A stretch of 64,000 bases of DNA from Dehalococcoidia bacterium (GCA_965197585.1 OZ240215.1:3008001-3072000), one strand, 5' to 3'. Shown: positions 1 to 9,901, counted from the first letter of the stretch. The notes: generated by a model from the sequence alone, not told the origin. A program made the numbers and translations.

Positions 1-2
1 GG

Positions 3-176
3 TTCAGGACGCAGCAGCGCTACGGCCACGTCCTGAACAAGCTGTTGCCGGGCCGCCGTGAAGACAGCAACTTCTCCAAATTCACGTCCCTGCTCAGCAC
101 TTCATTGTTCGACGAGGAAGGGATACGCTACACACTGCCCGACCGCGTGTACGCGGAAGAGTCGGTCCACTACTAG
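3..176 (+). CDS. 3' end of an unidentified gene entering the window
   Basis: Open frame from the window edge (FRTQQRYGHVLNKLLPG...EESVHY) to TAG at 174-176, with GC3-rich codons. Confidence 0.45.
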   Translation, partial: FRTQQRYGHVLNKLLPGRREDSNFSKFTSLLSTSLFDEEGIRYTLPDRVYAEESVHY

Positions 177-266
177 CTGGCGTGTCCGCCTACTGCCGAT
201 TGCACTCCCTGCGCCAGCTCCCCCAACTGTGCATTACGTCGGCGGTGTTCCATGTCGGCACAGAGA

Positions 267-275
267 TGCTATAAT
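267..275 (+). promoter_or_regulatory. Extended -10 promoter (TGcTATAAT) for the STAS/PP2C/RsbW operon
   Basis: Consensus TGnTATAAT about 115 nt upstream of the ATG at 391. Confidence 0.6.
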
Positions 276-390
276 CCCCCCGCGGAGTAACTCGCAAGTC
301 TAAACCGCGCCCCGATTGGCCCTCCGGCAAGGAGGTGTGCTCAGGGTCGTGGTGCCGGATTCCGCATAGCCATCTAGGGAGACGGTCTCA

Positions 391-789
391 ATGGATACTA
401 ACGGTCAGGAAGACGGAGCTACCACTTGGAAGGTTGCCGACACCAAGAATCTGATGATAGACGGAGAGAAGAAGTCCGGGGCCCTTATCGCAAAGGCTTC
501 CGGCCGCATAGACGGCAGCAACGCCCGGGAATTCCAGGACGCCCTGGATACCTTCCTGGAAGGCGAAATCTCCGCCCTTATCCTGGACATGGAGAATCTC
601 ACCTACATCAGTAGTGCTGGCCTCAGAGTCATCCTGCTCGTCTCCAAGAAGCTGCAGAGGTCGTCTGCCAAGTTCGGCATCTGCGCTCTCTCAGAGTCCA
701 TTGGAGAGGTATTCCAGATCAGCGGCTTCGACAAGATCATCTCGACCCATCGCACCCAAGCCGATGCGCTCTCCGCTATCAACGGCTAA
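391..789 (+). CDS. STAS-domain anti-sigma factor antagonist (RsbV/SpoIIAA-like)
   Basis: GRIDGSNA and LILDMENLTYISSAGLRVIL (phospho-Ser motif), EVFQISGFDK. Confidence 0.92.
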   Translation: MDTNGQEDGATTWKVADTKNLMIDGEKKSGALIAKASGRIDGSNAREFQDALDTFLEGEISALILDMENLTYISSAGLRVILLVSKKLQRSSAKFGICALSESIGEVFQISGFDKIISTHRTQADALSAING

Positions 790-880
790 CGGCAGCCCTC
801 GCCCCCGGACCAATCTTTATGCCTACCCCGAGCGCAGGGACCAGATCCGTTAGCCACGCATCTATCACAGGACACAGCTA

Positions 881-2047
881 ATGGCTATGGAGCCGCCTTA
901 CAAAATCCTCGTAGTAGACGACGAACCGGACCTCGAGCCCCTCATGCTCCAGCGTATGCGCCGCGACATCCGACGCGGCCAATACGAATTTGTCTTCGCT
1001 CACGATGGCAATGAAGCCTTGGCACGCCTCAACGATCACGAAGATGTCGATATGGTCCTTTCGGACATTAACATGCCCGGCATGGACGGCCTCACCCTCC
1101 TGGAACAAATCCCCCACGTTGACCCCAAAATCCGCGCCGTCATGGTTTCCGCCTACGGCGACATGAAGAACATCCGCACGGCGATGAACCGCGGCGCATT
1201 TGACTTCGTCACAAAACCCATAGACTTTGAAGACCTCCGGGTCACCATCGAGCGCACCCTCCGGCACATGATGGAATGGCGCGAGGCCCTTGCCTCGCGC
1301 GATAAGCTCGTCGCTCTCCAGAACGAACTCGACGTTGCCCAAAAAATCCAACAGTCCGTCCTGCCGACCGAGTTCCCCATCAGCGACTATTACGAGATAG
1401 ACGGCCACATGCAGGCCGCCCGGGAAGTAGGCGGGGACTTCTACGACGTCCTGCGCCTTGAGAACGGCCGCATCGGCCTCTCTGTCGCCGATGTCTCGGA
1501 CAAGGGTGTTCCCGCCGCTCTATTCATGATGTCCACCCTCACTCTTCTCAAGGGCTCGGCCATAGGCGTCGGCGCTCCGGCGGCCGTCCTGACCGAAGTC
1601 AACGATCTCCTCAACGAGGAGAACGAGGCCGCTATGTTCGTCACTCTCTTGTACGCCGTCTTTAACCCCTCCAACGGCCTGTTGAACTATGCCAATGGCG
1701 GCCACAACCCTCCAATCATAGTCCATCCGGACGGCTCTTCCACGCTTCTTCCGGCCACTGGGGGAATCGCCCTCGGCGTAGCCCCCGGCTTCAAGTACGA
1801 AGAGAGTTCCATTATCCTGGACCCCGGCGACACCATAATCCTCTACACCGACGGCGTCACCGAGGCCATGAACACCGAAGGCGAAGAGTTCGGCTTGGAC
1901 CGCCTCCGTAATCTCTTCACCAACTCCCCACTCAAGAGCCCCAAGGAGACCAATACAGCCATATTTGAAGCCGTCAGTGCATTCGCAGGCGAAACCCCCC
2001 AGTCCGATGACATCACCTGCCTGGCATTCCGACGGAGCGAGTCCTGA
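881..2047 (+). CDS. Response regulator receiver + PP2C/SpoIIE phosphatase (RsbU/RsbY-like)
   Basis: N-terminal REC (ILVVDDE, SDINMPGMDG, TKP); PP2C motifs VGGDFYD, ADVSDKG, LYTDGVTEA, QSDDIT. Confidence 0.95.
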   Translation: MAMEPPYKILVVDDEPDLEPLMLQRMRRDIRRGQYEFVFAHDGNEALARLNDHEDVDMVLSDINMPGMDGLTLLEQIPHVDPKIRAVMVSAYGDMKNIRTAMNRGAFDFVTKPIDFEDLRVTIERTLRHMMEWREALASRDKLVALQNELDVAQKIQQSVLPTEFPISDYYEIDGHMQAAREVGGDFYDVLRLENGRIGLSVADVSDKGVPAALFMMSTLTLLKGSAIGVGAPAAVLTEVNDLLNEENEAAMFVTLLYAVFNPSNGLLNYANGGHNPPIIVHPDGSSTLLPATGGIALGVAPGFKYEESSIILDPGDTIILYTDGVTEAMNTEGEEFGLDRLRNLFTNSPLKSPKETNTAIFEAVSAFAGETPQSDDITCLAFRRSES

Positions 2048-2050
2048 GCC

Positions 2051-2470
2051 TTGAGCGCCAAGCTGTCCCTTAAGTTCAAGTCCGACCGCGAAGAGCTCGA
2101 CGGCATCACCGCCGCCGTCGAGGCATTCTCTGCCGACGAGGCATGGTCCCCCGACCTCCTTTTCCGTATCAACCTCGTCATCGAAGAGCTGGTCCTGAAC
2201 ATCATGGACTACGGATACGATGACGACGAGCACGAAATCGAGATCAATTTCAACTCCGACACCGACTCCGTCACCATAGACATCACAGACGAAGGCCGCG
2301 CTTTCGACCCCCTTAACGATGCTCCCGAACCCGACATCGACTCACCCCTTGAAGAGCGCCATGTTGGCGGTCTCGGCGTATACCTGGCCCGAACCATGAT
2401 GGACGAGCTCACTTATCGCCGCGAAAACAGCCGCAATCACCTTACCCTGGTCAAGCGCCGCGAAGAGTAA
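2051..2470 (+). CDS. Anti-sigma factor / Ser kinase, HATPase_c_2 (RsbW-like)
   Basis: LVIEELVLNIMDYGY, ITDEGRAFDP, GGLGVYL, YRRENSRNHL. Confidence 0.92.
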   Translation: MSAKLSLKFKSDREELDGITAAVEAFSADEAWSPDLLFRINLVIEELVLNIMDYGYDDDEHEIEINFNSDTDSVTIDITDEGRAFDPLNDAPEPDIDSPLEERHVGGLGVYLARTMMDELTYRRENSRNHLTLVKRREE

Positions 2471-2496
2471 CCACAACTCTTCAAGATTGAATCGAC

Positions 2497-2527
2497 AAAA
2501 AAGGGCCCGCACGTTGTGCGGGCCCTT
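2497..2527. terminator. Intrinsic terminator between convergent genes
   Basis: 12-bp stem aagggcccgcac/gtgcgggccctt with a 3-nt loop; the A run at 2497-2502 gives a U tract on the - strand. Confidence 0.8.
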
Positions 2528-2564
2528 GGTCTTTATCTCCTGGTTAAGTAGAAGAGGCTGGCAC

Positions 2565-3518
2565 TCACACCAGCTCATATTCGAAGTACGTTGAAGTCAC
2601 CAGACCGTGCAAGGCCCGGCATTGGTCTCCCATTTGCTGTAGAAACTCCTCGTGGTTCTCCCGGTCGGGCCAGTCATAGTTAACAAGTGCTCCCAACCAG
2701 CCCACGAGCCGACGGGCCGATGCACTCGAACCTTCGTCGGGTGCAGACCCGAACCCTGACAACACCTCAGACGCACTGTCCAATGACCGGCTCAAAGAGC
2801 TGGGTAACTGGGGGTCGGCCACCAGCAAATCCAACACCTGGCTCGCCTGCACTTCGACTCCATGCTTTTGCCCGTACGCGTCGAATGCATTGTATATTCG
2901 TAAAAGGCTTAGCCAGTCATAGTCCGAATCTTCCTCATCGGTAGCTTCGACAGCCATATGTGCGAGAAGGAGCGACACCAGTTGCTGGGCCCGCTCTATG
3001 GTGCTCCCCAATTGCAAAAAGCGCCAGCCGTCGTCGCGGTACATCGTCGTCAGCGCTACTCCTTCGAACCTGTTTATGTCTGCAATCGTCTCCGCGTAGA
3101 ACCCTTGCGGGGATGTGGCCCAGATGTCCTGGATCCTCATCTTTTGGATCCGTAGATAGGACAGGTTCAGGGACGTCCACATCTCCCCGCTTATGCGGTT
3201 GCGCATCTGACGGGCGTTCTCTCTGCCCATCCAGAAGCACTGCCACACCGACCCGGGATTGGAGCGTTCGAAGGTCAGGTCGTCCGCCAAGGTGAAGGAA
3301 TCGGCGAGGATGAAGTCGTCATCGTCGCTTACGTCCAGGCTGCCCCCCGGGGGCGCCCTCCCGACACAGGCATAGATACGCCGCCACCCAAAGTAGATTT
3401 CCCGCACCGGTCGGTCCACCAACGCCTCCGACTGCAATTGCAGCAGGCGGCTCAGGTGACGCGCCCGCTCGAGGTAGCGCCCCATCCAGTAAAGCCCTTG
3501 AGCGCTACGCGAGAGCAT
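2565..3518 (-). CDS. Alpha-E domain protein (DUF403)
   Basis: MLSRSAQGLYWMGRYLERA, RENARQMR and IERA ER-motifs. Confidence 0.92.
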   Translation of the reverse strand: MLSRSAQGLYWMGRYLERARHLSRLLQLQSEALVDRPVREIYFGWRRIYACVGRAPPGGSLDVSDDDDFILADSFTLADDLTFERSNPGSVWQCFWMGRENARQMRNRISGEMWTSLNLSYLRIQKMRIQDIWATSPQGFYAETIADINRFEGVALTTMYRDDGWRFLQLGSTIERAQQLVSLLLAHMAVEATDEEDSDYDWLSLLRIYNAFDAYGQKHGVEVQASQVLDLLVADPQLPSSLSRSLDSASEVLSGFGSAPDEGSSASARRLVGWLGALVNYDWPDRENHEEFLQQMGDQCRALHGLVTSTYFEYELV

Positions 3519-4914
3519 TGGCTTTTTTCGGTTCCTCCTCCTCGTCGTCGAACTCTTCAGGCATCAGAATGAACTCGGGATAGGACTCCATGCCCAGCTC
3601 CGCTACATCCTGACCGAGTTCCTCTACCTGCCTCGTAATCCGCACACCCAGCACCCTGTCCAATGCCCACCACACGGTAAACGCCGAGCCAAACACGAAC
3701 CCGCCTACCGCAGCTATACCCATCAGCTGGATGTGGAACTGACCGCCGGATGTGAAGGTGACCGCCAGAGTGCCCCAGATACCTGCAAACAAGTGGGCTG
3801 GGATGGCCCCAACCACGTCGTCCAGCTTCATCTTCTCCAGCAGCTTGATGCCTGCGGTGCATACCAACCCGCCTATCGCCCCGACTACAACCGCCCAGAA
3901 GTGGTCCGTGCTCGCTGGCCCGGCGGTAATCGCCACTAGCCCCGCTATAGCGCCGTTCAGCCCCGCAAACAGGTCAATGCGTCCCAGGATTGGCCTCGAT
4001 ACCGCCAGTGCAGTCACCACTCCCGCCGCAGCCGCAAGGTTGGTGTTAACCAGCACTACGCTCATCGCCACTGCGTCCAGAGCGCTCCCGAGCGCCAGTT
4101 GTGAGCCTCCATTGAACCCAAACCACCCAAGCCACAGGATGAAGACCCCAAGGGTGACCAGGATCACGTTGGACGGTGGGGTCGGTTTCACCCGGCCATC
4201 CTTCCGGAACTTCCCGAGCCTCGGGCCAACCAGCAATATCCCGGCCAGCGCCGCCCAGCCTCCCGTGCTGTGGACTATCGTCGAGCCTGCAAAGTCGGAG
4301 AACCCCGCCTGCGCCAGCCAACCGCCGCCCCACGTCCAAGAGCCGACTATCGGATATATGAAACCGGTCAGCGCCAGCGTGAAGAGGAAGAACGGCAGCA
4401 GCTTTATCCGCTCTGCTATAGCCCCGGAAACTATTGATGCAGCCGTAGCTACGAACACCATCTGGAAGAACCAGTCCGACATAACGGAGTATCCGTTGCT
4501 GATGACAGCGCCGGTTGCCTCGCTGTCTCCGCCTATCATGGCAACCTCATCCGCTGAAGGCCCGTACAGAAATTCAAACTTGCCCCACAACCCCACCTCT
4601 CCCACGTTCGTGTACATCAGGTTGTATCCAATGAAGAAGAACGCCAGCCCCGCTATCGAATATATTCCGATATTCTTGAGGCAGATCGTAGATGCGTTCT
4701 TTGTACGCACCGACCCCGATTCCAGCATGGTAAAGCCTGCACACATCCACATCACCAGGGCCCCCCAGATAAGGAACGCAAACGTGTTCAATATGAACTG
4801 CGACTCCTCATCCACTCCCGCAGCATGGGCAATCGCCGGCCGGGCGAGGAAGACCCCAGCTGTAAACAGCGCAACCAAGGCGATTAGTATTCTGGGGTTG
4901 CGAATAACAATCAT
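3505..4914 (-). CDS. amt: Ammonium transporter
   Basis: GFTMLESG, FQMVFVATAASIVSGAIAER, DFAGSTIVH, GWFGFNGGS, LDDVVGAIPAH. Confidence 0.96.
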   Translation of the reverse strand: MIVIRNPRILIALVALFTAGVFLARPAIAHAAGVDEESQFILNTFAFLIWGALVMWMCAGFTMLESGSVRTKNASTICLKNIGIYSIAGLAFFFIGYNLMYTNVGEVGLWGKFEFLYGPSADEVAMIGGDSEATGAVISNGYSVMSDWFFQMVFVATAASIVSGAIAERIKLLPFFLFTLALTGFIYPIVGSWTWGGGWLAQAGFSDFAGSTIVHSTGGWAALAGILLVGPRLGKFRKDGRVKPTPPSNVILVTLGVFILWLGWFGFNGGSQLALGSALDAVAMSVVLVNTNLAAAAGVVTALAVSRPILGRIDLFAGLNGAIAGLVAITAGPASTDHFWAVVVGAIGGLVCTAGIKLLEKMKLDDVVGAIPAHLFAGIWGTLAVTFTSGGQFHIQLMGIAAVGGFVFGSAFTVWWALDRVLGVRITRQVEELGQDVAELGMESYPEFILMPEEFDDEEEEPKKANALA

Positions 4915-4969
4915 GTCTCTAGGCCTCCTCGCAATGTTTCGGTCTTAGGGTCTCTAATCAACGTTTTCG

Positions 4970-6403
4970 TCAATCTTCCAATACCCAGAAGTCCTTGCCC
5001 CCGCCCCCTTGGCTGGAGTTAACCACCAGGCTCCCCCGACGCAGCGCTACCCGGCAGAAGGCCCCAGGGACTAAGCGGGTCTTCTGTCCGTGCAGTACGA
5101 AAGGTCTCAAGTCTACGTGCCGAGGCTCGAACTGCCCTTCGATAAGGCAGGGCGCTCTCGATAGGGCCAGCACCGGCTGCGAGATGTAGTTTGCCGGGTC
5201 TGCCCGTACCTCCGCCGCGTACGTTTCCCGTTCTTCAGCCGTCGAGTGAGGGCCTATCAGCATTCCGTATCCCCCAGAACCTCCCACCTGTTTCACCACC
5301 AGATCCTGAAGGTTGTCCAGAGTGTACTCCAGGTCCTCCGGGCGGCGACAGAGCCGCGTATCCACGTTCTGGAGGATCGGCTCCTCATTAAGATAGAACC
5401 GCACCATGTCCGGCACGTAAGCGTAGACGCTCTTGTCGTCCGCTACGCCCGTCCCGGGAGCGTTCACCAGGGCCACGTTGCCCAGTTTGTAGGCATGTAC
5501 CAGTCCCGGCACCCCCAGCAGCGAGTCTTCTCGAAAGACCAGCGGGTCCAGGAAATCGTCGTCCACACGCCGATACACTATGTCCACCCGTTTCAAACCG
5601 TTGGTCGTGCGCATGTAGACCATGCCTTCTTTAACCACCAGGTCTTGCCCCTCCACCAGCTCTGCGCCTATCTCCTGGGCCAAAAATATATGTTCGTAGA
5701 ATGCAGAGTTGTAGACCCCGGGCGTCAGAAGCACGATGGTAGGGTCCGTGCGGCCGCTTGGTGCGAGCTCCAACAACGTCTCCCGCAGCGCACGCCCGTA
5801 ATGCTCTACGTCCCGCACCCGAGACGTCCGGTACAGCCGTCTCAGGCTGGCCTTGGCCGCCTTCCGGTTCGCCAGCATGTATGAAACGCCCGAAGGCACC
5901 CGAAGGTTGTCCTCCAACACTTTCCAGCCATCGTTCGTACGCACCAGATCGGTGCCGCATATGCCTACCCAAGTCCCGTAAGGCGCGGAAAAGCCTCGCA
6001 TCTCGGTCCGGTATTGCGGGCAGCCCATCACCACATCAGCGGGAATCACTCCGTCCCGGATGATACGGGCCTCTCCGTACACGTCCTCCAGAAACGCGTT
6101 GAGGGCCTTGAGCCTCTGGGTCAGACCCTTTTCGAGGTTGCCCCAGTCTGCGCTGGACATCGCCCGGGGCAGACAGTCGATGGGGATGATTCGCTCGTCC
6201 GCCTCTTCGTCTCCATAGACAACGAAGGTAATCCCCTCCGTCGAGAATGAGCGCATGACCCGATCCTGGATATTGTGAAGCTCTTCGGCGGAAAGTTGGA
6301 TCAGGGTCTCGTATATCTGCCGGCAATACTCCCTTGGGGAGCCGTCCGGCAGGAACATCTCGTCATATATGAGAGGATCGAGTTCGTAAGTGTCAAAGTT
6401 CAC
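4970..6403 (-). CDS. Circularly permuted type 2 ATP-grasp protein
   Basis: VLEDNLRVPSGVSY, YRRVDDDFLDP, GSGGYG, VVNSSQGGGGKD; start set at GTG 6403 rather than the longer ORF-track start. Confidence 0.93.
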   Translation of the reverse strand: MNFDTYELDPLIYDEMFLPDGSPREYCRQIYETLIQLSAEELHNIQDRVMRSFSTEGITFVVYGDEEADERIIPIDCLPRAMSSADWGNLEKGLTQRLKALNAFLEDVYGEARIIRDGVIPADVVMGCPQYRTEMRGFSAPYGTWVGICGTDLVRTNDGWKVLEDNLRVPSGVSYMLANRKAAKASLRRLYRTSRVRDVEHYGRALRETLLELAPSGRTDPTIVLLTPGVYNSAFYEHIFLAQEIGAELVEGQDLVVKEGMVYMRTTNGLKRVDIVYRRVDDDFLDPLVFREDSLLGVPGLVHAYKLGNVALVNAPGTGVADDKSVYAYVPDMVRFYLNEEPILQNVDTRLCRRPEDLEYTLDNLQDLVVKQVGGSGGYGMLIGPHSTAEERETYAAEVRADPANYISQPVLALSRAPCLIEGQFEPRHVDLRPFVLHGQKTRLVPGAFCRVALRRGSLVVNSSQGGGGKDFWVLED

Positions 6404-6779
6404 GGCAACAACCCATTCACGAGAGGTGTGAGTATACCAAGTCCTCACGCTACGCGGTTTGGCCAGCCTATTTCCGCACGTAAGGAGGGCACTGCCACTG
6501 TACCGCAGTATACAGTCTGCATTTTGGCAAACACCCCGACAACATGATCGCAGATGTACCACCCAGCTCGATTGCGGCCATAGCGGCGGCCCGGTTTCCC
6601 TTTCCTTGATGTCTTCTGACGCAGTAAATCCGTATCCTGTACAATCCCCTGGAGGTGTTGCAAAGGTCCTGCGAAGGGAGGAAGTGCAATTGCTTTCTAT
6701 AGCCTGTGCTTATATGCAACCGTAGGGCCCGCCAGCATCAGAAACATCCCGTATCGACACTGGGCTGAGGACATCGGGT

Positions 6780-8501
6780 ATGGCTAAGGTAGTTAACAAG
6801 AGCATCCGCTACGAGCCCGACGAGCATCCCCCGCATCTCACGTCCATCGGTGTAGCCGCACAGGCTGCACTGCTTGGCCTTGGAGACATCGCCATAGTCT
6901 CTATTTTAATTGTCCGCGTGTCCGGACAAGAGCAGAGCTACCTGGAGTGGATGGTCTTCACCACCATTGTGATCAGCGGGATCGGCATAATTCTCCAGCC
7001 TCTCCGTTTCGGTAAGATCGGGGGCGGGCACCTGCTGTTCGCGGCCACCTCGGCCACTTTCATACCGGCGAGCATTGAGGCCCTCAAAGAGGGTGGCCCG
7101 TCCACCCTCGCCACCATGGTAGTCCTCTCGGCGCCCGTGAATCTCCTGGTCGCGGCCGGCCTGCCTTTGCTGCGGCGCATCATCACGCCTGCAGTCGCAG
7201 GCACTATGCTGATGCTGACCGGCTCCATATTCGTCCTGGTCTCCTTAGTCCTGATGGCCCAAGAGCCCTCGAGCACGGCGGCGGTAGTGGCTGGCGTCAC
7301 CCTGGCAGTAATCACCGTGTTGATGTTGCGCAGCTGGGGCATTTGGCGTCTATGGGCGCCCATAATCGGCATATTGGTGAGCTGCGTAGTATCCGTTTTC
7401 GTCGGATTGTACGACATCGACCTTGTCAAGAGCGCCGACTGGGTGGGCTTGCCTTCGCTCAGCGCCTGGCCCGGCTTCGACATGAGCATCGACTCTAAGT
7501 TCTGGATGTTCCTGGCGGTGTTCATCTTGTCCTCTTTCGCCAACACCATCAAGAATATCGGCGCCTCCGTCGCCGTACAGCAGGTGTCGTGGCGCACTGC
7601 GCGCCCGGTCGAATATAGTGCGGTGCAGGGCTCTCTCAACGTGGACAGCATCACCGGCCTGCTGAGCGGGTTTGCGGCAGCGCCACCCATCACGATGACG
7701 CCGGATATGGGACCGCTTATCCAACTTACCGGCGTCGCTGCGCGCCGGGTCGGTGTGTTTATTGGGATCATATACATCATAGCGGCGTTTTTCCCGAAGT
7801 TGTTGGCGCTCATGCTCGCCATCCCAAACCCGGTGGTGGGTGCGTTCTTGGTCGCCCTCGGAGGATTGACCTTCATGCAGGGTGCGAGAATAGTGATTCA
7901 GGATGGCGCCGACGTTCGGAACGCCACCATCGTCGGGTTGTCGCTCTGGCTCGGCGTAGGTTTCCAGCTCAACCTGGTCTTCCCCAACCTTTTTGCCGGA
8001 GCGCTGCACATCCTGTTCAGCAACGGCGTGGTAATCGGCGGCATGACCGCTGTGCTCATGACCCTGTTCATGTGGCTCACATTGCCCAGCGCCAAGAAAC
8101 TCAGGACCGAGCTCAACATCTCATCGACTTCGGAGGTGGATGAGTTCTTAAACAAGTTCGCATCGAGCATCAGGTGGGACGAAGCAGCGTCGACACGGCT
8201 GCGCGCCGCCGGCGAGGAGTTGCTGACGGCCCTTGTGAATTCGTACGAGGAGTCTGGGACGGAAGAGGCGCGCAAGCTGCTCATTACGGTGCGCCGCGAC
8301 GAAGACGTGGTGGAGATGGAATTCATCGCAGGCCCCTCCACCGAGAACCTGGAAATCCGGCTGGATAACCTCGCCGAGCGGCCCGACACAGAGGAGGACC
8401 GGGACCTTTCCTTCCGGTTGCTGCGTCACTACGCATCTTCGATCCGTCACCAAAGCTATCACAACGTCGACATAGTCACAGTGCGCGTCGAGCAGACCTG
8501 A
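6780..8501 (+). CDS. NCS2 (uracil/xanthine) family permease with a C-terminal soluble HATPase_c_2-like domain
   Basis: YEPDEHPP, IITPAVAGT, GPLIQLTGVAARRVG, IPNPVVG; about 135-aa soluble tail (RLRAAGEELL...LSFRLLRHYASSIRHQSY). Confidence 0.85.
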   Translation: MAKVVNKSIRYEPDEHPPHLTSIGVAAQAALLGLGDIAIVSILIVRVSGQEQSYLEWMVFTTIVISGIGIILQPLRFGKIGGGHLLFAATSATFIPASIEALKEGGPSTLATMVVLSAPVNLLVAAGLPLLRRIITPAVAGTMLMLTGSIFVLVSLVLMAQEPSSTAAVVAGVTLAVITVLMLRSWGIWRLWAPIIGILVSCVVSVFVGLYDIDLVKSADWVGLPSLSAWPGFDMSIDSKFWMFLAVFILSSFANTIKNIGASVAVQQVSWRTARPVEYSAVQGSLNVDSITGLLSGFAAAPPITMTPDMGPLIQLTGVAARRVGVFIGIIYIIAAFFPKLLALMLAIPNPVVGAFLVALGGLTFMQGARIVIQDGADVRNATIVGLSLWLGVGFQLNLVFPNLFAGALHILFSNGVVIGGMTAVLMTLFMWLTLPSAKKLRTELNISSTSEVDEFLNKFASSIRWDEAASTRLRAAGEELLTALVNSYEESGTEEARKLLITVRRDEDVVEMEFIAGPSTENLEIRLDNLAERPDTEEDRDLSFRLLRHYASSIRHQSYHNVDIVTVRVEQT

Positions 8502-8505
8502 CTTT

Positions 8506-9012
8506 ATGAATGCAGGCATTACCGCAGGGGCCCTCGCAGCCATCGTAGCCGTGCTGGTCTCCCTGCCACTCAAATCTCCCGACGACTCCCTCCTCAACTC
8601 CGCCTCCGTCGGCATCGCCTCCCTTCTCGTAGGCCTGCTCGCAGGTCTTATGTGGCGAATGCTTATCAATACTGAGGGTCGACCCACAAAGTTCGGGGTC
8701 CTTTGGGGCGTTTCATCCGTCACCGTCGGGGCCATGCTCCTGTCAGCCTTCGCCGTCCAGCTGGACAATCTGATCCCCTTCGCCCTTCCGCTCGTCGTCA
8801 TCGTTTGCCTTATCACAGGCGTCTTGACTCCTCTATTTGGCCGCGACCCCTCGCCATTGCGCTGGTGGGTCGCTCCGGCAGCAGTGGCAGTGGTTCTCGC
8901 CCTGGCGATACCTCTTGCCAACGTAGGCGACGAGGAGTCCGGAAGGCTGGAGCTCCCTCCAAAGTCGGGCCTTGTGCAACCGGCCCCATACATGTACTTT
9001 GATTCCCTCTAG
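8506..9012 (+). CDS. Hypothetical multi-pass membrane protein
   Basis: About 5 hydrophobic segments; starts 4 nt after the permease stop. Confidence 0.7.
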   Translation: MNAGITAGALAAIVAVLVSLPLKSPDDSLLNSASVGIASLLVGLLAGLMWRMLINTEGRPTKFGVLWGVSSVTVGAMLLSAFAVQLDNLIPFALPLVVIVCLITGVLTPLFGRDPSPLRWWVAPAAVAVVLALAIPLANVGDEESGRLELPPKSGLVQPAPYMYFDSL

Positions 9013-9030
9013 CCGGACCGGAGGTCCTGA

Positions 9031-9783
9031 ATGCCAGTAACCCCGCCACGAGCCAAGGTTTTTGTCGCCGCCATCGCCTTGGCCCTGCTTCTCCTCCTCG
9101 CCGCAGCCTGCGGTTCTGTCGATGTCACCGTTGAACGTACAACTTCTACCCCCGCCCCGGACCCCACCCCTACGTCAGCCCCCGCCGATGCGCCTGCACC
9201 TACGGCAGCTCCCGTTGATACACCCACCCCCACCGAGCCCCCACCCGCCGAGCCCGGCTCATACGAAGGCGTCACCTACGTCGTCGGCGAAGGTTCAGAG
9301 GCTACCTTCACCGTCGAGGAGAAGCTGTCCAGCCTTCCCCTGCCCAACGACGCCGTAGTCCGCACCACCGCCCTTTCAGGTGAAGTCCACTTCGACGGTC
9401 GTCCCTCCGTTATCGACATCCAACTACACGAGCTCGAAAGCGACCAGTCCCGCCGGGACCGCTACATCCGCGAGAGGATGTTCCCCAACGACCCCATCGC
9501 CACCTTCACCCTCCCCGACGCCCGCCCCCTCCCCCAAGGCTTCTCCGATGGCAATGAGGTCTCCATAGAGATAACCGGTCAGCTCGAAATCAAAGGCGTC
9601 CAGGCCCCTGTCATCTTCCAGGTCGAGGCCCGAGACGACGGCGACGTGGTGCACATTCTCGGGCGCACATCCTTCGTCTGGTCCGACTTCGGGATGACCG
9701 CCCCCACCGTCGGGAGCTTCGTCAGCGTCACAGACGAAGTCGCCGTCGAAATTCTCATATCCGCCCGGCCATCCGAAGGGTAA
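9031..9783 (+). CDS. YceI-family lipoprotein
   Basis: Lipobox LAAAC, Pro/Thr linker, SEATFTVEE, LESDQSRRDRYIR, GQLEIKGV, SDFGM. Confidence 0.85.
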   Translation: MPVTPPRAKVFVAAIALALLLLLAAACGSVDVTVERTTSTPAPDPTPTSAPADAPAPTAAPVDTPTPTEPPPAEPGSYEGVTYVVGEGSEATFTVEEKLSSLPLPNDAVVRTTALSGEVHFDGRPSVIDIQLHELESDQSRRDRYIRERMFPNDPIATFTLPDARPLPQGFSDGNEVSIEITGQLEIKGVQAPVIFQVEARDDGDVVHILGRTSFVWSDFGMTAPTVGSFVSVTDEVAVEILISARPSEG

Positions 9784-9901
9784 CGGCCTTTGCATAGCCT
9801 GTGTTGGAGGGGTGGGGCCGCTCGTGCTGAGGCCCTCGAAGTATGAGCGGGGGCTGAGGTTAGTTGCCCAAGATGACACAACAGAACTGAGAGGATAACA
9901 A

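Noticed and set aside
282-365. c-di-GMP-I riboswitch call (cgcaa/gtctaa words)
   Set aside because: The P1 GNRA stem and GCAAA context are missing; kept only as an unnamed structured leader
3752-4948. 398-aa + strand ORF opposite amt, and similar long antisense ORFs (6938-7876, 15859-17133, 47428-48429, 58198-59598)
   Set aside because: Shadow frames of well-supported GC-rich genes; no motifs or RBS
9135-9260. C-rich low-complexity tracts here and at about 50055-50190
   Set aside because: Ordinary Pro/Thr/Ala linkers of lipoproteins
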